Below, one piece after another: positions 34,391 to 44,700 of a stretch of DNA of 64,000 nt (positions are counted from its first letter, which is position 1; the number at the start of each line of letters is the position of its first letter). Made by a program: the position numbers and the translations under genes. A model generated the notes under the pieces. It ran no database searches. It saw only the letters and a program-made list of their open reading frames with translations, and was not told where the DNA came from. The DNA comes from an uncultured bacterium. Its GTDB lineage: Bacteria > Acidobacteriota > Aminicenantia > Aminicenantales > Aminicenantaceae. The DNA lies in NCBI GenBank assembly GCA_965533275.1, contig CBESWG010000007.1, positions 27,440 to 91,439 of the forward strand, in the 5' to 3' direction.

Positions 34391-36784
34391 CTACTCGTAG
34401 CGGAGTGCGTCTGCAGGATCCCCCAGCGCTGCCCGGATGGTCTGGAAACTCACCGTCAGCAGAGCGATGCAAAAGGCAATCGCACCTGCCAGCAGGAACA
34501 GGATGACCGGTATCCCCGTGCGGTAGGCGAAGTTCTGCAGCCAGGTGTGCATTGCGTAGTAGGCGATCGGCCACGCGATCAGGTTGGCAGCCAGCACCCA
34601 TTTGGTGAAGTCTCGCGAGAGCAGGAAAACGATGTTCCCCACGGGGGCGCCCAGCACCTTGCGGATGCCGATCTCCTTGATGCGCCGCTCGGCCGTGAAG
34701 GAAGCTAGGCCGAACAGGCCCAGGCAGGCGATGAAGATGGCCAGGAGGGAGAACACTCCGAACACCTGCCCCAGTTTTTCCTCTGTGCGGTAGAGGCTGT
34801 CGAAGTTCTCATCGATGAAAAAATAGTCGAAGGGATAGTTGGGGCGCAGCTCGGTCCAGCGTTCCTTGAGGAAACCCATGGTCGTGGGGATGTCTTCCGG
34901 CCGGATGCGGACGATCACATGCCGGTAATCGGGCTGCAGGTAGAACACGATGGGCGCGATCTCCTGATGAAGGGACTCGAAGTGAAAATCCCGGACCACA
35001 CCGATGATCTTACCTGTCCTGGGTCCGTAGCCGATGGAGCGGCCCAGGGCATCTTCCGCCGTCCAACCCAGGCCCTTCACCGCGGCCTCGTTTAGGATGA
35101 ACGCCTCCTTGAGGTCGGTGGGAAACTCCCGCGAAAAATTGCGCCCCGACGTCATCTCCATCTGGAAGGTCGGGATGAAATCATGTGAAACCCGGACAAA
35201 GGCGATGCGGAAGTTGACGGGATCAGCGCTATCGCCGCTGATCACCCGGGCGCCCGAAGAATCGAGCAGCCTCCCCGAGGGCACCCTCCGCGCGGCCGCC
35301 ACCGAGACGATTCCCGGATGGGCTTGAAGCTGTGTGCGCAGGGAATCGAAGCGCTGCCGGATGAGGTTCGATGTGGGAAGGACCACGACCTGCTCCCGGT
35401 TGAATCCCAGGCCCTTGCTGCGGCTGTAGCGGAGCTGCTGGAAGACCACGGCCACGGAGATGATCAGGATGATCGAGATAGCGAACTGGGACACGACCAG
35501 GGTGGTCCGGAAAAGGGAACCCCCTCTCCCTGCCGGGCCCCGGGTACCCTTGAGCACCTGCACCGGCCGGAAGGAGGAGAGGATGAAGGCGGGATAGCTG
35601 CCCGCCACGATCCCGACGATCACCGCGATGAGCAGGAGCCCCAGGAGCAGCTCCGGATTCTGCAGGAGGCCGAAGCCCAGGTCCCGCTCCACGAACCGGC
35701 CGAAGGCGGGGAGCACGATTGCAACCAGGATCACGGCCAGGACCAGGGCGAAGAATGCCAGCAGGAGGGACTCGCTCAAAAACTGCCGGATGAGATCCGA
35801 TCTTCGGGCGCCCACCACCTTGCGCATGCCCACTTCCCGGGATCGGATCGAGGAACGGGCCGTGGACAGGTTCATGAAATTGATGCAGGCGATGAGCAGC
35901 ACGAACAGGGCGATGGCGGAAAAAATGTAGATGTACACGATGTTGCTGTTGGGCTCGATCTCTGAATCCAGGTGGGACGTCAGGTGGATGTCGGTCAGGC
36001 GCTGGAAATGAAGGGTGTTGGACCTGTGATAGTCCTCCCCTTTGTGGCGGTCCAGGAAGGCCGGAACCTGAGCCTTGAGGAGCCCGATGTCGTAGTCTGG
36101 GGGCATCAACAGATAGGAGGCGTAGTTGTTGCTGCTCCAGTTCTCGAACTCGCGCGGCCCATACATCTGCTTGAGCGAAGCCAGGGAAACGATGATCTCG
36201 AAATGGAAGTGGGAGTTGGGTGGGGCGGCACGGACAATACCCGTGACCTTGCCGTCGATGCGGTTCTCGAGCTTGAGAGTCTGTCCCAGAGGATCCTTGT
36301 CCCCGAAATACTTTTGCGCAGCTTTTTCCGAGATCACGAGGGTGAAGGGATCACGGAGAACGGTCCTGGGATCACCCACCAGGAGCTCGAAGGAAAACAC
36401 GGAAAAGATATTCTCCTCGGCAAAGATGATGCCTTCCTCCATGAAGTGCCGGTCTTCATGGCTGCACAGCATGCGGCCGGGGCTCTGTATGCGCACCGCC
36501 TCCTCGATGTCGGGGAAGTCGTTGAGGAGGAGCGGCGTGATGGGAGGCGCGACATGTCCGAGGTGGAGGCTCGAGGTGCCGTCATCGTTGAACCATTCGC
36601 GTGTCACACGGTAGATGCGCTCGGCATTGGCGTGATAGCGGTCATAGCTCAGCTCGTCACGCACATACAGGAGGATCAGGATGCAGCAGGCCATACCGAT
36701 GGCCAGCCCTATGAGGTTGATGAAAGAGAAGCCCTTGTATTTGCGCAGGTTGCGCAGGGATGTCGTGAGATAATTCTTGATCAT
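34391..36784 (-). CDS. duplicated FtsX/MacB-type ABC transporter permease (orphan, no adjacent ATPase)
   Basis: 797 aa. N-terminus MIKNYLTTSLRNLRKYKGFSFINLIGLAIGMACCILILLYV. Two FtsX-type 4-TM bundles separated by large periplasmic domains. Paralog of 49128..51536. Confidence 0.85.
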   Translation of the reverse strand: MIKNYLTTSLRNLRKYKGFSFINLIGLAIGMACCILILLYVRDELSYDRYHANAERIYRVTREWFNDDGTSSLHLGHVAPPITPLLLNDFPDIEEAVRIQSPGRMLCSHEDRHFMEEGIIFAEENIFSVFSFELLVGDPRTVLRDPFTLVISEKAAQKYFGDKDPLGQTLKLENRIDGKVTGIVRAAPPNSHFHFEIIVSLASLKQMYGPREFENWSSNNYASYLLMPPDYDIGLLKAQVPAFLDRHKGEDYHRSNTLHFQRLTDIHLTSHLDSEIEPNSNIVYIYIFSAIALFVLLIACINFMNLSTARSSIRSREVGMRKVVGARRSDLIRQFLSESLLLAFFALVLAVILVAIVLPAFGRFVERDLGFGLLQNPELLLGLLLIAVIVGIVAGSYPAFILSSFRPVQVLKGTRGPAGRGGSLFRTTLVVSQFAISIILIISVAVVFQQLRYSRSKGLGFNREQVVVLPTSNLIRQRFDSLRTQLQAHPGIVSVAAARRVPSGRLLDSSGARVISGDSADPVNFRIAFVRVSHDFIPTFQMEMTSGRNFSREFPTDLKEAFILNEAAVKGLGWTAEDALGRSIGYGPRTGKIIGVVRDFHFESLHQEIAPIVFYLQPDYRHVIVRIRPEDIPTTMGFLKERWTELRPNYPFDYFFIDENFDSLYRTEEKLGQVFGVFSLLAIFIACLGLFGLASFTAERRIKEIGIRKVLGAPVGNIVFLLSRDFTKWVLAANLIAWPIAYYAMHTWLQNFAYRTGIPVILFLLAGAIAFCIALLTVSFQTIRAALGDPADALRYE

Positions 36785-36918
36785 TCAGAGGCCCTCCCGA
36801 AGCGATCCTCCCAAGTCAACTATAACATATACATGGACGTGCGCCGGTCTTAAAAGGTTCACGTGTGCTATTATATTTGACATTCCGCAGCACTTGGATT
36901 AGGTATAGGGGACAAATC

Positions 36919-38382
36919 ATGGGGGCACACGGGAACCTAAGATCGATCAACCAGGCGGTGAGGGCCGCGCTGTGGATATTTCCCTACCTGGCCCTGCTTT
37001 TTTCCTGGGGATGTGATGCCCTTGCCCGCCCGGAGAGTGTCCGCCTGGTCATCCTGCACGTCAATGATACGCACGGCCACCTGTATCCGCATGACTACAG
37101 GGGTCAGTGGAACGTTGGGGGGGCGGCCCGCATGGCGACCCTCATCAAGGGGGTCCGGAAGGACCATCCGGGAGAGACGTTGGTGCTGCACGCCGGGGAT
37201 GTGTTTTCGCGCGGCGGCCCCCTGACCGTTTATTCCGGCGGCCTGGCCGACATGCTGGCTCTGGATGCCATGGGCGTCGACGTCATGATCCCGGGCAATG
37301 GCGAGTTCTATACGGGCGTGGACAACCTCCTGCACCATGCTGCAGCTGTTTCCTTCCCCGTTGTCCTGGCCAATGTGTTCTTCAAGGACAGCGGCGAACG
37401 GTTGTTCCCGCCCAGTGTCATACTGGAGGTTGGCGGCATCAAGGTCGGCGTCCTGGGATTAGGTTTTTTCTACGCCAACCATCCCGCAGCCTGGCACCTC
37501 AAAGCGGAACGGCCTGAGGTCGAGGCCCGGAAGCACCTGCCGGATCTGTTGGGGAGGGTTGAACTGGTGATCGCCCTCACTCACCTGGGGCAGGAAGTTG
37601 ACCGACAGCTGGCCGCAGAGGTTGAGGGCATCGACATCATCGTGGGCGCGCACAGCCATGATTACCTGGAGACCCCTGTAACGCTGGCGGGACCCGGCGG
37701 CAAAAAAGTGATCTATGTCCAGGCCGGGATCTTTGGAACCCATGTGGGGCGGTTGGACCTTCATCTGCGGGCGGGAAGCGATGGGAGCTATACGCTCGAA
37801 CGCAGCGAGGGACGTCTGTGCCCCGTGACCGCCGAACTTGACGATGATCCGGAGGTCGCCGAACTGCTGGAGAAGGAATCCGAACCACTCAAGGAAGTCC
37901 TGTGTATCTCGAATGTCGCCCTGGACTTTCCCTCTGAAGGCCCCAATCCCATGGGGAATTTTATCGCAGAGGCTATGCTGGCCAACTTCCCTGCGGACGC
38001 GGCCCTCTTCTACCGGGACGCGGTCCACTCCGGGATATTGCCAGGCCCCGTGACCATCGAGGATGTGTGCCGCATACACCGCTGGAGGAGCCGCATCGTG
38101 CGCATGTCCCTCACCGGGGAGCAGTTGGTGCAGGTCCTGGCAGGACCCAAGGTCCTGGCGCACGGCCTCACTTTCGAACGCATGGAGGGAGCCGTCAGAG
38201 ACCTGCGCGTGGGAGGCAAGGCCGTCGACCTGAAGAAGAGGTATGACATCGTGGCTGATGAGGCCCTGGTGATGAACTCGGAGCCCCTCCAGGGCATCGA
38301 ATTTCAGGAGACCGGGGAGCGCGTGGATTCCATGCTGATCATGCATCTCCGGACTTTAAGAAAGATCGAGGATTTCCCCTGA
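36919..38382 (+). CDS. bifunctional metallophosphatase/5'-nucleotidase (UshA-like)
   Basis: Start moved to ATG 36919 (AGGGGA 6 nt upstream). Blocks: LHVNDTHGH, AGDVF, IPGNGEF, LTHLG, VGAHSH. C-terminal nucleotidase domain present. Confidence 0.85.
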   Translation: MGAHGNLRSINQAVRAALWIFPYLALLFSWGCDALARPESVRLVILHVNDTHGHLYPHDYRGQWNVGGAARMATLIKGVRKDHPGETLVLHAGDVFSRGGPLTVYSGGLADMLALDAMGVDVMIPGNGEFYTGVDNLLHHAAAVSFPVVLANVFFKDSGERLFPPSVILEVGGIKVGVLGLGFFYANHPAAWHLKAERPEVEARKHLPDLLGRVELVIALTHLGQEVDRQLAAEVEGIDIIVGAHSHDYLETPVTLAGPGGKKVIYVQAGIFGTHVGRLDLHLRAGSDGSYTLERSEGRLCPVTAELDDDPEVAELLEKESEPLKEVLCISNVALDFPSEGPNPMGNFIAEAMLANFPADAALFYRDAVHSGILPGPVTIEDVCRIHRWRSRIVRMSLTGEQLVQVLAGPKVLAHGLTFERMEGAVRDLRVGGKAVDLKKRYDIVADEALVMNSEPLQGIEFQETGERVDSMLIMHLRTLRKIEDFP

Positions 38383-38397
38383 AGTCCTCTCCAGTCT

Positions 38398-41115
38398 CTA
38401 GTCTCGAGAGATCTTGTGCCGTTCCTCCAGAGCTTCCGCTTCCGATATTCTCCCCAGCCGACGCAGCATCGAAGTCAATTCGGTCGCTGTCTGTGTAACC
38501 TCGTGGCTTTCCGAGCCCTCGACTTCTAGGAACAGCTCGAGAGCTTCCTTATAGAGTCCCTCCGCCTTTCCGTAGCTCTCAAGGTTGTGGTGATGCAGGT
38601 AGGCCAGGTTGAAGAGAGCGCGGGCCCTGCCGTCCAGGATCGGGGGAGAAGCCTTCTCATAGATATCCAGGGAACGTTTGAGTGACCGTTCCGCCTCCTC
38701 GTCTTCTCCCATGAGGGTGAGCGTGTGTCCGAAATTTGAGAGCAGCTCGGCCAGTTCCGGATCCTCCGGCCCGCGTTCGCTCTCGACAATCGGTATGGCT
38801 CTCCTGTATAGAGAGGAGGCCAGTTCCGGGCGGTCCGTCCAACTGTAGAAAGTGCCGAGGTGGTTAAGGCTGTCTGTGAGGCGGATGTCCTCGTCTCCCC
38901 ATAGCGCTTCCCGCACCTTAAGGCCCCGTAGATGCATGGCCTCGGCCCTGTTGTTCTGTTCCAGCATCATCAAGGCCAGAGCCATGTTGTGCAGGACGGG
39001 TGGGAGTTCGGCGTGTATCGGGCCGTGTATCTTTTCAAGGGTTAGAAGTGATTTTTCATAGTATCCTACGGCTTTAGTATAGTCCTCAGCGTTGTGTGTA
39101 AGATTGGCCAGACGGTAATAGCTCTGCGCCACATCGGGGTGCTCGTCTCCAAAAGCCTTTTTCTGTATCTCCAGAGCCTCGAGGTAGTACTTTTCGGCTT
39201 CAGGGTATTCCTTCAGCACAAGATGGATGACGCCGATGTTGCTGAGGCTGGCGGCGACACTGGGATGATACTCTCCAAGGGTTTTGCGTTTTATTGCCAG
39301 GCTCTGTTCGTACAGTGGAAGGGCTTCCTGGTAGTGACGGCGGCGATATTTGAGCACGGCCAGGGCATTCAGGCTGTGTGCTACATCCGGATGATCTTCA
39401 CCGAGCGCTGCCATCCGGATGTCCAGGGCCCTTTCAAAATAGGTCTCTGCTTCGTCCAGACGGTCTTGTTGATAGAAGACCGAGCCCAGTCCGATCACGG
39501 TTTCGGCCAGAGCCACATCGTCAGTTCCATATGTTTTTTCTTCGATGCGCAGAGCCCGGGTCATGTATTCTTCGGCCTTGGGAAGATTGCGGTCGACATA
39601 GTAGATGAAGCCCAGCAGACGAAGTGCCTCTGCGATGTCGGGGTGGTCCGGTGGCAGCTCCCTCTCTCTGGTTGCCAGGCTCTTCTGCAGCAGAGCCTCG
39701 GCTTCCGCGTATCGCCCCTGATCGTCTCTCAGCGCTGCCAGGCTGACCTGACTGTCTGCTACACTGAGCTCCTCGTCTCCAAATTCCTGTGTGCGGATCT
39801 CCAGGGCCCCGGTGAGCAGAGGATCCGACTGCCCGTAGAGACCGAGCTTCCGGTAGACCGTCCCGATGGTCTCCATCATCCGGGCTTGGATGTGGGGCTG
39901 ATCGCTCAGTTTTGCCTCCACATCTTTCGCCCCCAGGTCCAGGATCTCTCTGACGGTGATGGTGTTGCCTCGCGCCTCTCCCGGATCCGAAATCTCGAAG
40001 AGGTCGACCAGAAATTGCGCCACGCTCGTGGCCTCGTCTCGAGCCTGGACCGCGAGCTGACGTTCCCGCTGCAGGTCCAAAACATACCTGAGCCCCAAGA
40101 AGAGGAATGCACCAAGTATGGCTGCCACCCCAATGCGGCGAAGGCGTTTCTTGGGTTTCTCGCGCACCTGCCTTAAACGCTCTATAGTCTCCACGGCAGT
40201 GGGCCGGGCATCAGGCTCGAGGGACTTGAGTCGGTTGATGAGCGAAACCAGGTCGGAGCTCACTCCGGAGACCGGGACCGTCTCTCCCGCTTTCGCCATC
40301 TCGATCAGCTTGGTGGTGGAGTCGGTCTCGTTATAGGGGAGCTGCTCAGTGAAGAGTTCCTGCAGGATGAGCCCGAAGGAGTACAGGTCTGAAGCCGGCC
40401 CCGCGATCTCGCCCTGGGCCTGCTCCGGGCTCATGTAGAGGGGCGTCCCCATCACCTTCCCACGCCGCGTAGGGATGTAGCCCTCCGGCTGGCTCGGTGT
40501 GCCCTGACTGCTCCCTGCCTCGGTTTTATCTCCTGGACCTGTGAGTGTCCTGTCCACTGGTGGAGTCAGCTCTTCCAGTGGATCCAGGGTTTGTGTCTTC
40601 TCTACTTGCAGGGCCTGCTCAGCAATCTCCTCGATCTTTGGTTCGATGAAACGCGAGAGCCCGAAATCCAGGACCTTGATCTCGCCTGAACGAGTGACCA
40701 GCACATTGGATGGCTTGAGGTCTCGGTGCACGATCCCCTTTGCATGCGCCATCTTGAGTACCCGGGCCAGTTGTTCCGCGATCCTGAGTTTATGGGCCTT
40801 ATCCATGCCCGCTTTTGCTGCCCGCCTCAGGTCCTGTCCCTCGATGAATTCCAGGATCAGGTAATCTCCTTCTCCTTCCTCCACATAATCATAGATCTGG
40901 CAGATGTTAGGGTGTTCGAGCGCGGAGAGGGCTCGGGCTTCCCGCAGGAAACGGGTCTTTGCTCTGGGATCGTGGCGGGATTTTGCCCCTAGGGCCTTTA
41001 CAGCGACCTTGCGTTCCAGGGTTGCATCATAGCCCTCGTAGACTTCGCCCATGCCCCCCCTGCCGATGAATTTGACGACCTGGATGTGCCCGATGGTCTT
41101 CCCGATCAAGGTCAT
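38398..41115 (-). CDS. Ser/Thr protein kinase with TM segment and extracytoplasmic TPR array
   Basis: Blocks: GRGGMGEVY (G-loop), VAVKAL, HRDLKPSNVL, DFGLS. TM IGVAAILGAFLFLGLRYVL. Then about 500 aa of TPR-like repeats. Strong SD GGAGGGAGG upstream of ATG 41115. Confidence 0.9.
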   Translation of the reverse strand: MTLIGKTIGHIQVVKFIGRGGMGEVYEGYDATLERKVAVKALGAKSRHDPRAKTRFLREARALSALEHPNICQIYDYVEEGEGDYLILEFIEGQDLRRAAKAGMDKAHKLRIAEQLARVLKMAHAKGIVHRDLKPSNVLVTRSGEIKVLDFGLSRFIEPKIEEIAEQALQVEKTQTLDPLEELTPPVDRTLTGPGDKTEAGSSQGTPSQPEGYIPTRRGKVMGTPLYMSPEQAQGEIAGPASDLYSFGLILQELFTEQLPYNETDSTTKLIEMAKAGETVPVSGVSSDLVSLINRLKSLEPDARPTAVETIERLRQVREKPKKRLRRIGVAAILGAFLFLGLRYVLDLQRERQLAVQARDEATSVAQFLVDLFEISDPGEARGNTITVREILDLGAKDVEAKLSDQPHIQARMMETIGTVYRKLGLYGQSDPLLTGALEIRTQEFGDEELSVADSQVSLAALRDDQGRYAEAEALLQKSLATRERELPPDHPDIAEALRLLGFIYYVDRNLPKAEEYMTRALRIEEKTYGTDDVALAETVIGLGSVFYQQDRLDEAETYFERALDIRMAALGEDHPDVAHSLNALAVLKYRRRHYQEALPLYEQSLAIKRKTLGEYHPSVAASLSNIGVIHLVLKEYPEAEKYYLEALEIQKKAFGDEHPDVAQSYYRLANLTHNAEDYTKAVGYYEKSLLTLEKIHGPIHAELPPVLHNMALALMMLEQNNRAEAMHLRGLKVREALWGDEDIRLTDSLNHLGTFYSWTDRPELASSLYRRAIPIVESERGPEDPELAELLSNFGHTLTLMGEDEEAERSLKRSLDIYEKASPPILDGRARALFNLAYLHHHNLESYGKAEGLYKEALELFLEVEGSESHEVTQTATELTSMLRRLGRISEAEALEERHKISRD

Positions 41116-41246
41116 ATGTAGTCCTCCCTCCTTTGGCGGATAGACATCTCCGTTTGCAACCTCCTCAAATGCAGCAGGAGTATTGGGTTATTCTGCCCGG
41201 ATCACCTGGCTTCTTGCTGATTAGTGATAATAGTATGTATGAAGGA

Positions 41247-41513
41247 TCAGCCCTTTTTAATCTTGAATACGTAGTAGAAATAACCAGCGAAGTAGGACGA
41301 GGCCAGCATTGCGAGATAGTGGCAACACTGGTAGATGGTTCCTTTCTCGAGGACAAAGAAGTAGAAAACCAGTGCCACAAGGATTCCAATTATGATACCT
41401 GCAATCTTGTTTCCTATGGGATCACATTTAGGATTTGTTGGATCTGGACAGATCCCTTTCGTCGCTGCAGCAGCGCTCATAAGAAGACTCCCAAACATTA
41501 TGACTTCTTTCAT
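41247..41513 (-). CDS. small Cys-containing membrane protein (hypothetical) in an AT-rich islet
   Basis: Start moved to ATG 41513 (GGGAGGG SD upstream). 89 aa: signal-like MKEVIMFGSLLMSAAAA, then CPDPTNPKC loop, then two hydrophobic segments separated by EKGTIYQCCH, ending in a basic tail KIKKG. Confidence 0.5.
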   Translation of the reverse strand: MKEVIMFGSLLMSAAAATKGICPDPTNPKCDPIGNKIAGIIIGILVALVFYFFVLEKGTIYQCCHYLAMLASSYFAGYFYYVFKIKKG

Positions 41514-41729
41514 TTTACCCTCCCTGTAATTGGAAAATTGGGGGCACTGCACGAATCTGGTTGATTTCCCCCTGAAACTCTTCTGTTGAGTATCACAGAA
41601 CAGAGCTTAAGGTCAACCGAATTTTAAAGATATTCAAGGAGGTATTTGTGCCAGATTGACCGGCCTGAATATCTGTGGTAGATATGCCTTACCAATGATG
41701 TCTGATCAATCCATAGCGAGGAGTCTATA

Positions 41730-44700
41730 ATGAAAAAATCAGCCCTGTGTATCGTTCTCTTACTGGCGGTGGCCTGGCTGGCTGCCCCTGTATCCGCCGA
41801 AGAGGCGCGCCTGCTGCGCCAACCCGGAGTGAGCGCTAACCATATCGCGTTCGTGTATGCCAACGACATCTGGATGGTCCCGCGCTCCGGGGGCGATGCC
41901 CGCCGGATCACGACCCATGTGGGAACGGAGGCCGGCCCCATGTTTTCTCCGGATGGTAAGACCATCGCGTTCTCAGGGGAGTACGATGGGAACACCGATG
42001 TGTTCGTGGTGCCTGCCGAAGGCGGCGAACCTCGGCGACTGACTTATCATCCCGGCGGCGACATGGTGCGGGGTTGGACCCCGGACGGCAAGCACGTCGT
42101 GTTCGCCTCTTCCCGTGTCTCTGTTCCCGTCGGCTACCCCCGACTGTGGACCGTGTCCCTCAAGGGAGGCATGCCCGAGGTCCTGCCCATGCCCATGGCG
42201 AACAAGGGAGTCTTCTCTCCCGACGGGAAGCGGATGGCCTACGTGCCTCTCGTGGAGGCCTTTGCAGCCTGGAGGCACTACCGGGGAGGCCGCACCACCG
42301 AGATCTGGCTATTGGACATGGACGACTACGACATGGAAAAGGTCCCTCGTGATAACAGCAACGACACCGATCCCATGTGGATCGGCGACACCGTCTACTT
42401 CTTGTCTGACCGAAACCACACCATGAACTTGTTCGGCTTTGACACGGGATCAAAAGAGGTCAAACAGCTCACGTTCCATGACGACTATGACATCAAAAGC
42501 GCCCGGGCTGGAGACGGATCGATCATCTATGAACAGGCCGGTTACCTGCATCTGTTCGACCCGGCCGCCGCCAAGGCCACACAGGTCAACGTCGAGATCC
42601 GGGGAGACCTGCCTGGCCGCCGCGTGCACATGGCCCGTGTGTCCAACTACATCAAGAGCTCCTCACTTTCCCCCACTGGCAAGCGCGCAGTCATCGAGGC
42701 TCGGGGAGAGCTATTCACGGTCCCGGCCGAGAAGGGGGATGCTCGGAACCTGACGCAGAGCTCCGGCGTCAACGACCGCTACCCCACCTGGTCGCCCGAT
42801 GGGGCCAGTATCGCCTGGTTCTCCGACGAGGGCGGGGAGTACGGTCTGATGATCGGGGACCAGAAGGGGCTCGAATCCGCTAGACGTATCGAGCTCAGGA
42901 ACCCGTCTTTCTACTACAGCCCGGTTTGGTCGCCGGATTCCAGCAAGGTCCTGTTCGCGGACAATGGCCTGAATCTTTTTTATGTGGATTTAAAGACCGA
43001 GAAGGTCATCAAGATCGACAAGGATACCTACGACCACCCGATGCGTTCCCTGGATCATGTTTGGGGGCCGGATTCCCTTTGGATCGCCTATTCCAAGCGC
43101 CTGAAAAACCACATGCACGTGGTCTTCGCCTACTCCCTGGAGGAGGGGAAATCCTATCAGCTTACGGATGGGCTTACCGATGCTCTCTCACCCGCATTCG
43201 ACAAGAGCGGCAAGTATCTGTACTTCCTGGCCAGCACCAACTTTGCCCTGAACACAGGGTGGCTGGACATGACCTCCTATGAACGGCCCTTCACCTATGG
43301 GGTTTACTTGATGGTCCTCAATGCAGAAGATCCCTCGCCGCTGCTCCCCGAGAGCGACGAGGAAGAAGTTAAGAAGAAAGAGGAAGGAGACGCCGCCAAG
43401 AAGTCCGAGGCCAAGGACGAGGACAAAAAACAGGACGAGGCCAAGGACGAGGGCCCCAAGGTCAAGATCGACCTGAAGGGCCTCGACCAGCGCATCCTGG
43501 CCCTGGACATCCCGCTGCGTCCCTACTTCCAGCTCCAGTGCGCCGAAGCCAATGTGTTCTTTTATGTGGAAACTATCCCCAACCAGCCCGGGGCCACGCT
43601 CCACCGCTATGACCTCAAGAAGAAGGAGGGACAGCCCTTCATGGTGGGCATCTTCGGCTATTCTCTCTCAGCCGATGGTAAAAAGCTGCTGTATTCGGGT
43701 TCGGGAGGGGCCATGGGGATCGTGGATTCCAAGGGCAAGCCCAAGATGGGCGACGGCCGGCTCGGCACCAATCAGCTGCAGGCCAGGGTGGATCCCATTG
43801 CCGAGTGGAAGCAGATCTATCGCGAAGCCTGGAGGATCAACCGGGACTTCCTGTATGACGCCGAGATGCACGGGGCGGACTGGGATGCCATGTACAAAAA
43901 GTACCTACCCCTTTTGAAGCATGTGGCCCACCGCTCGGACCTGAGCTATGTCCTGATGAACCTGATCGGGGAACTCACCATCGGTCACTCCGGGGCAGGG
44001 GGAGGGGCCATGGCCTCTGCACCCCGTGTGCCGGGTGGGCTGCTGGGAGCCGACTACGAGGTGGACAGCGGATATTACCGCATCAAAAAGATCTACATCG
44101 GCGAGAACTGGAATCCGGGACTCAGGGCCCCCCTCACCGCTCCCGGGCTCAAGGTGGCAGAAGGCGACTATATCCTGGAGGTCAACGGCATGCCAGTAAA
44201 ACCGCCCATGAACCTCTACGGCGCATTCGAGGCTACGGCCAACAAGCAGACCGTGCTCCGCATCAACATCAAGCCTACACTGGAAGGATCGCGGATCGAG
44301 ACCGTGGTGCCGGTGGCCAATGAAGGCGGGCTGCGCATGCGAGAATGGCTCGAAGGCAACCGCCGCAAGGTGGACGAGCTGTCAGGCGGCCGCCTGGCCT
44401 ATGTCTATCTCCCCAATACCTCGGGTGCCGGATACACCAACTTCAACCGCTACTATTTCTCACAACAGCAGAAAGATGGGGCCATCATCGACGAGCGCTT
44501 CAACGGGGGCGGCTCGGCCGCCGACTATTTCGTGGATCTCATGGCCCGGCCGCTCATGAACTACTGGGCCACGCGTGACGGCGAGGAGTTCACGACCCCC
44601 ACCGCCCAGATCTTCGGTCCCAAGGTCATGATCATCAACGAGTGGGCCGGCTCAGGCGGCGATGCGCTGCCCTATTATTTCCGCTTCCGCGAGATCGGGC

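Noticed and set aside
41133-41564. A 143-aa plus-strand ORF in the AT-rich islet.
   Set aside because: It starts at TTG inside the kinase upstream region. No SD precedes any candidate start and the sequence has no membrane or fold features. The opposite-strand 89-aa ORF has a strong SD and a coherent signal-plus-TM layout. Low certainty either way.
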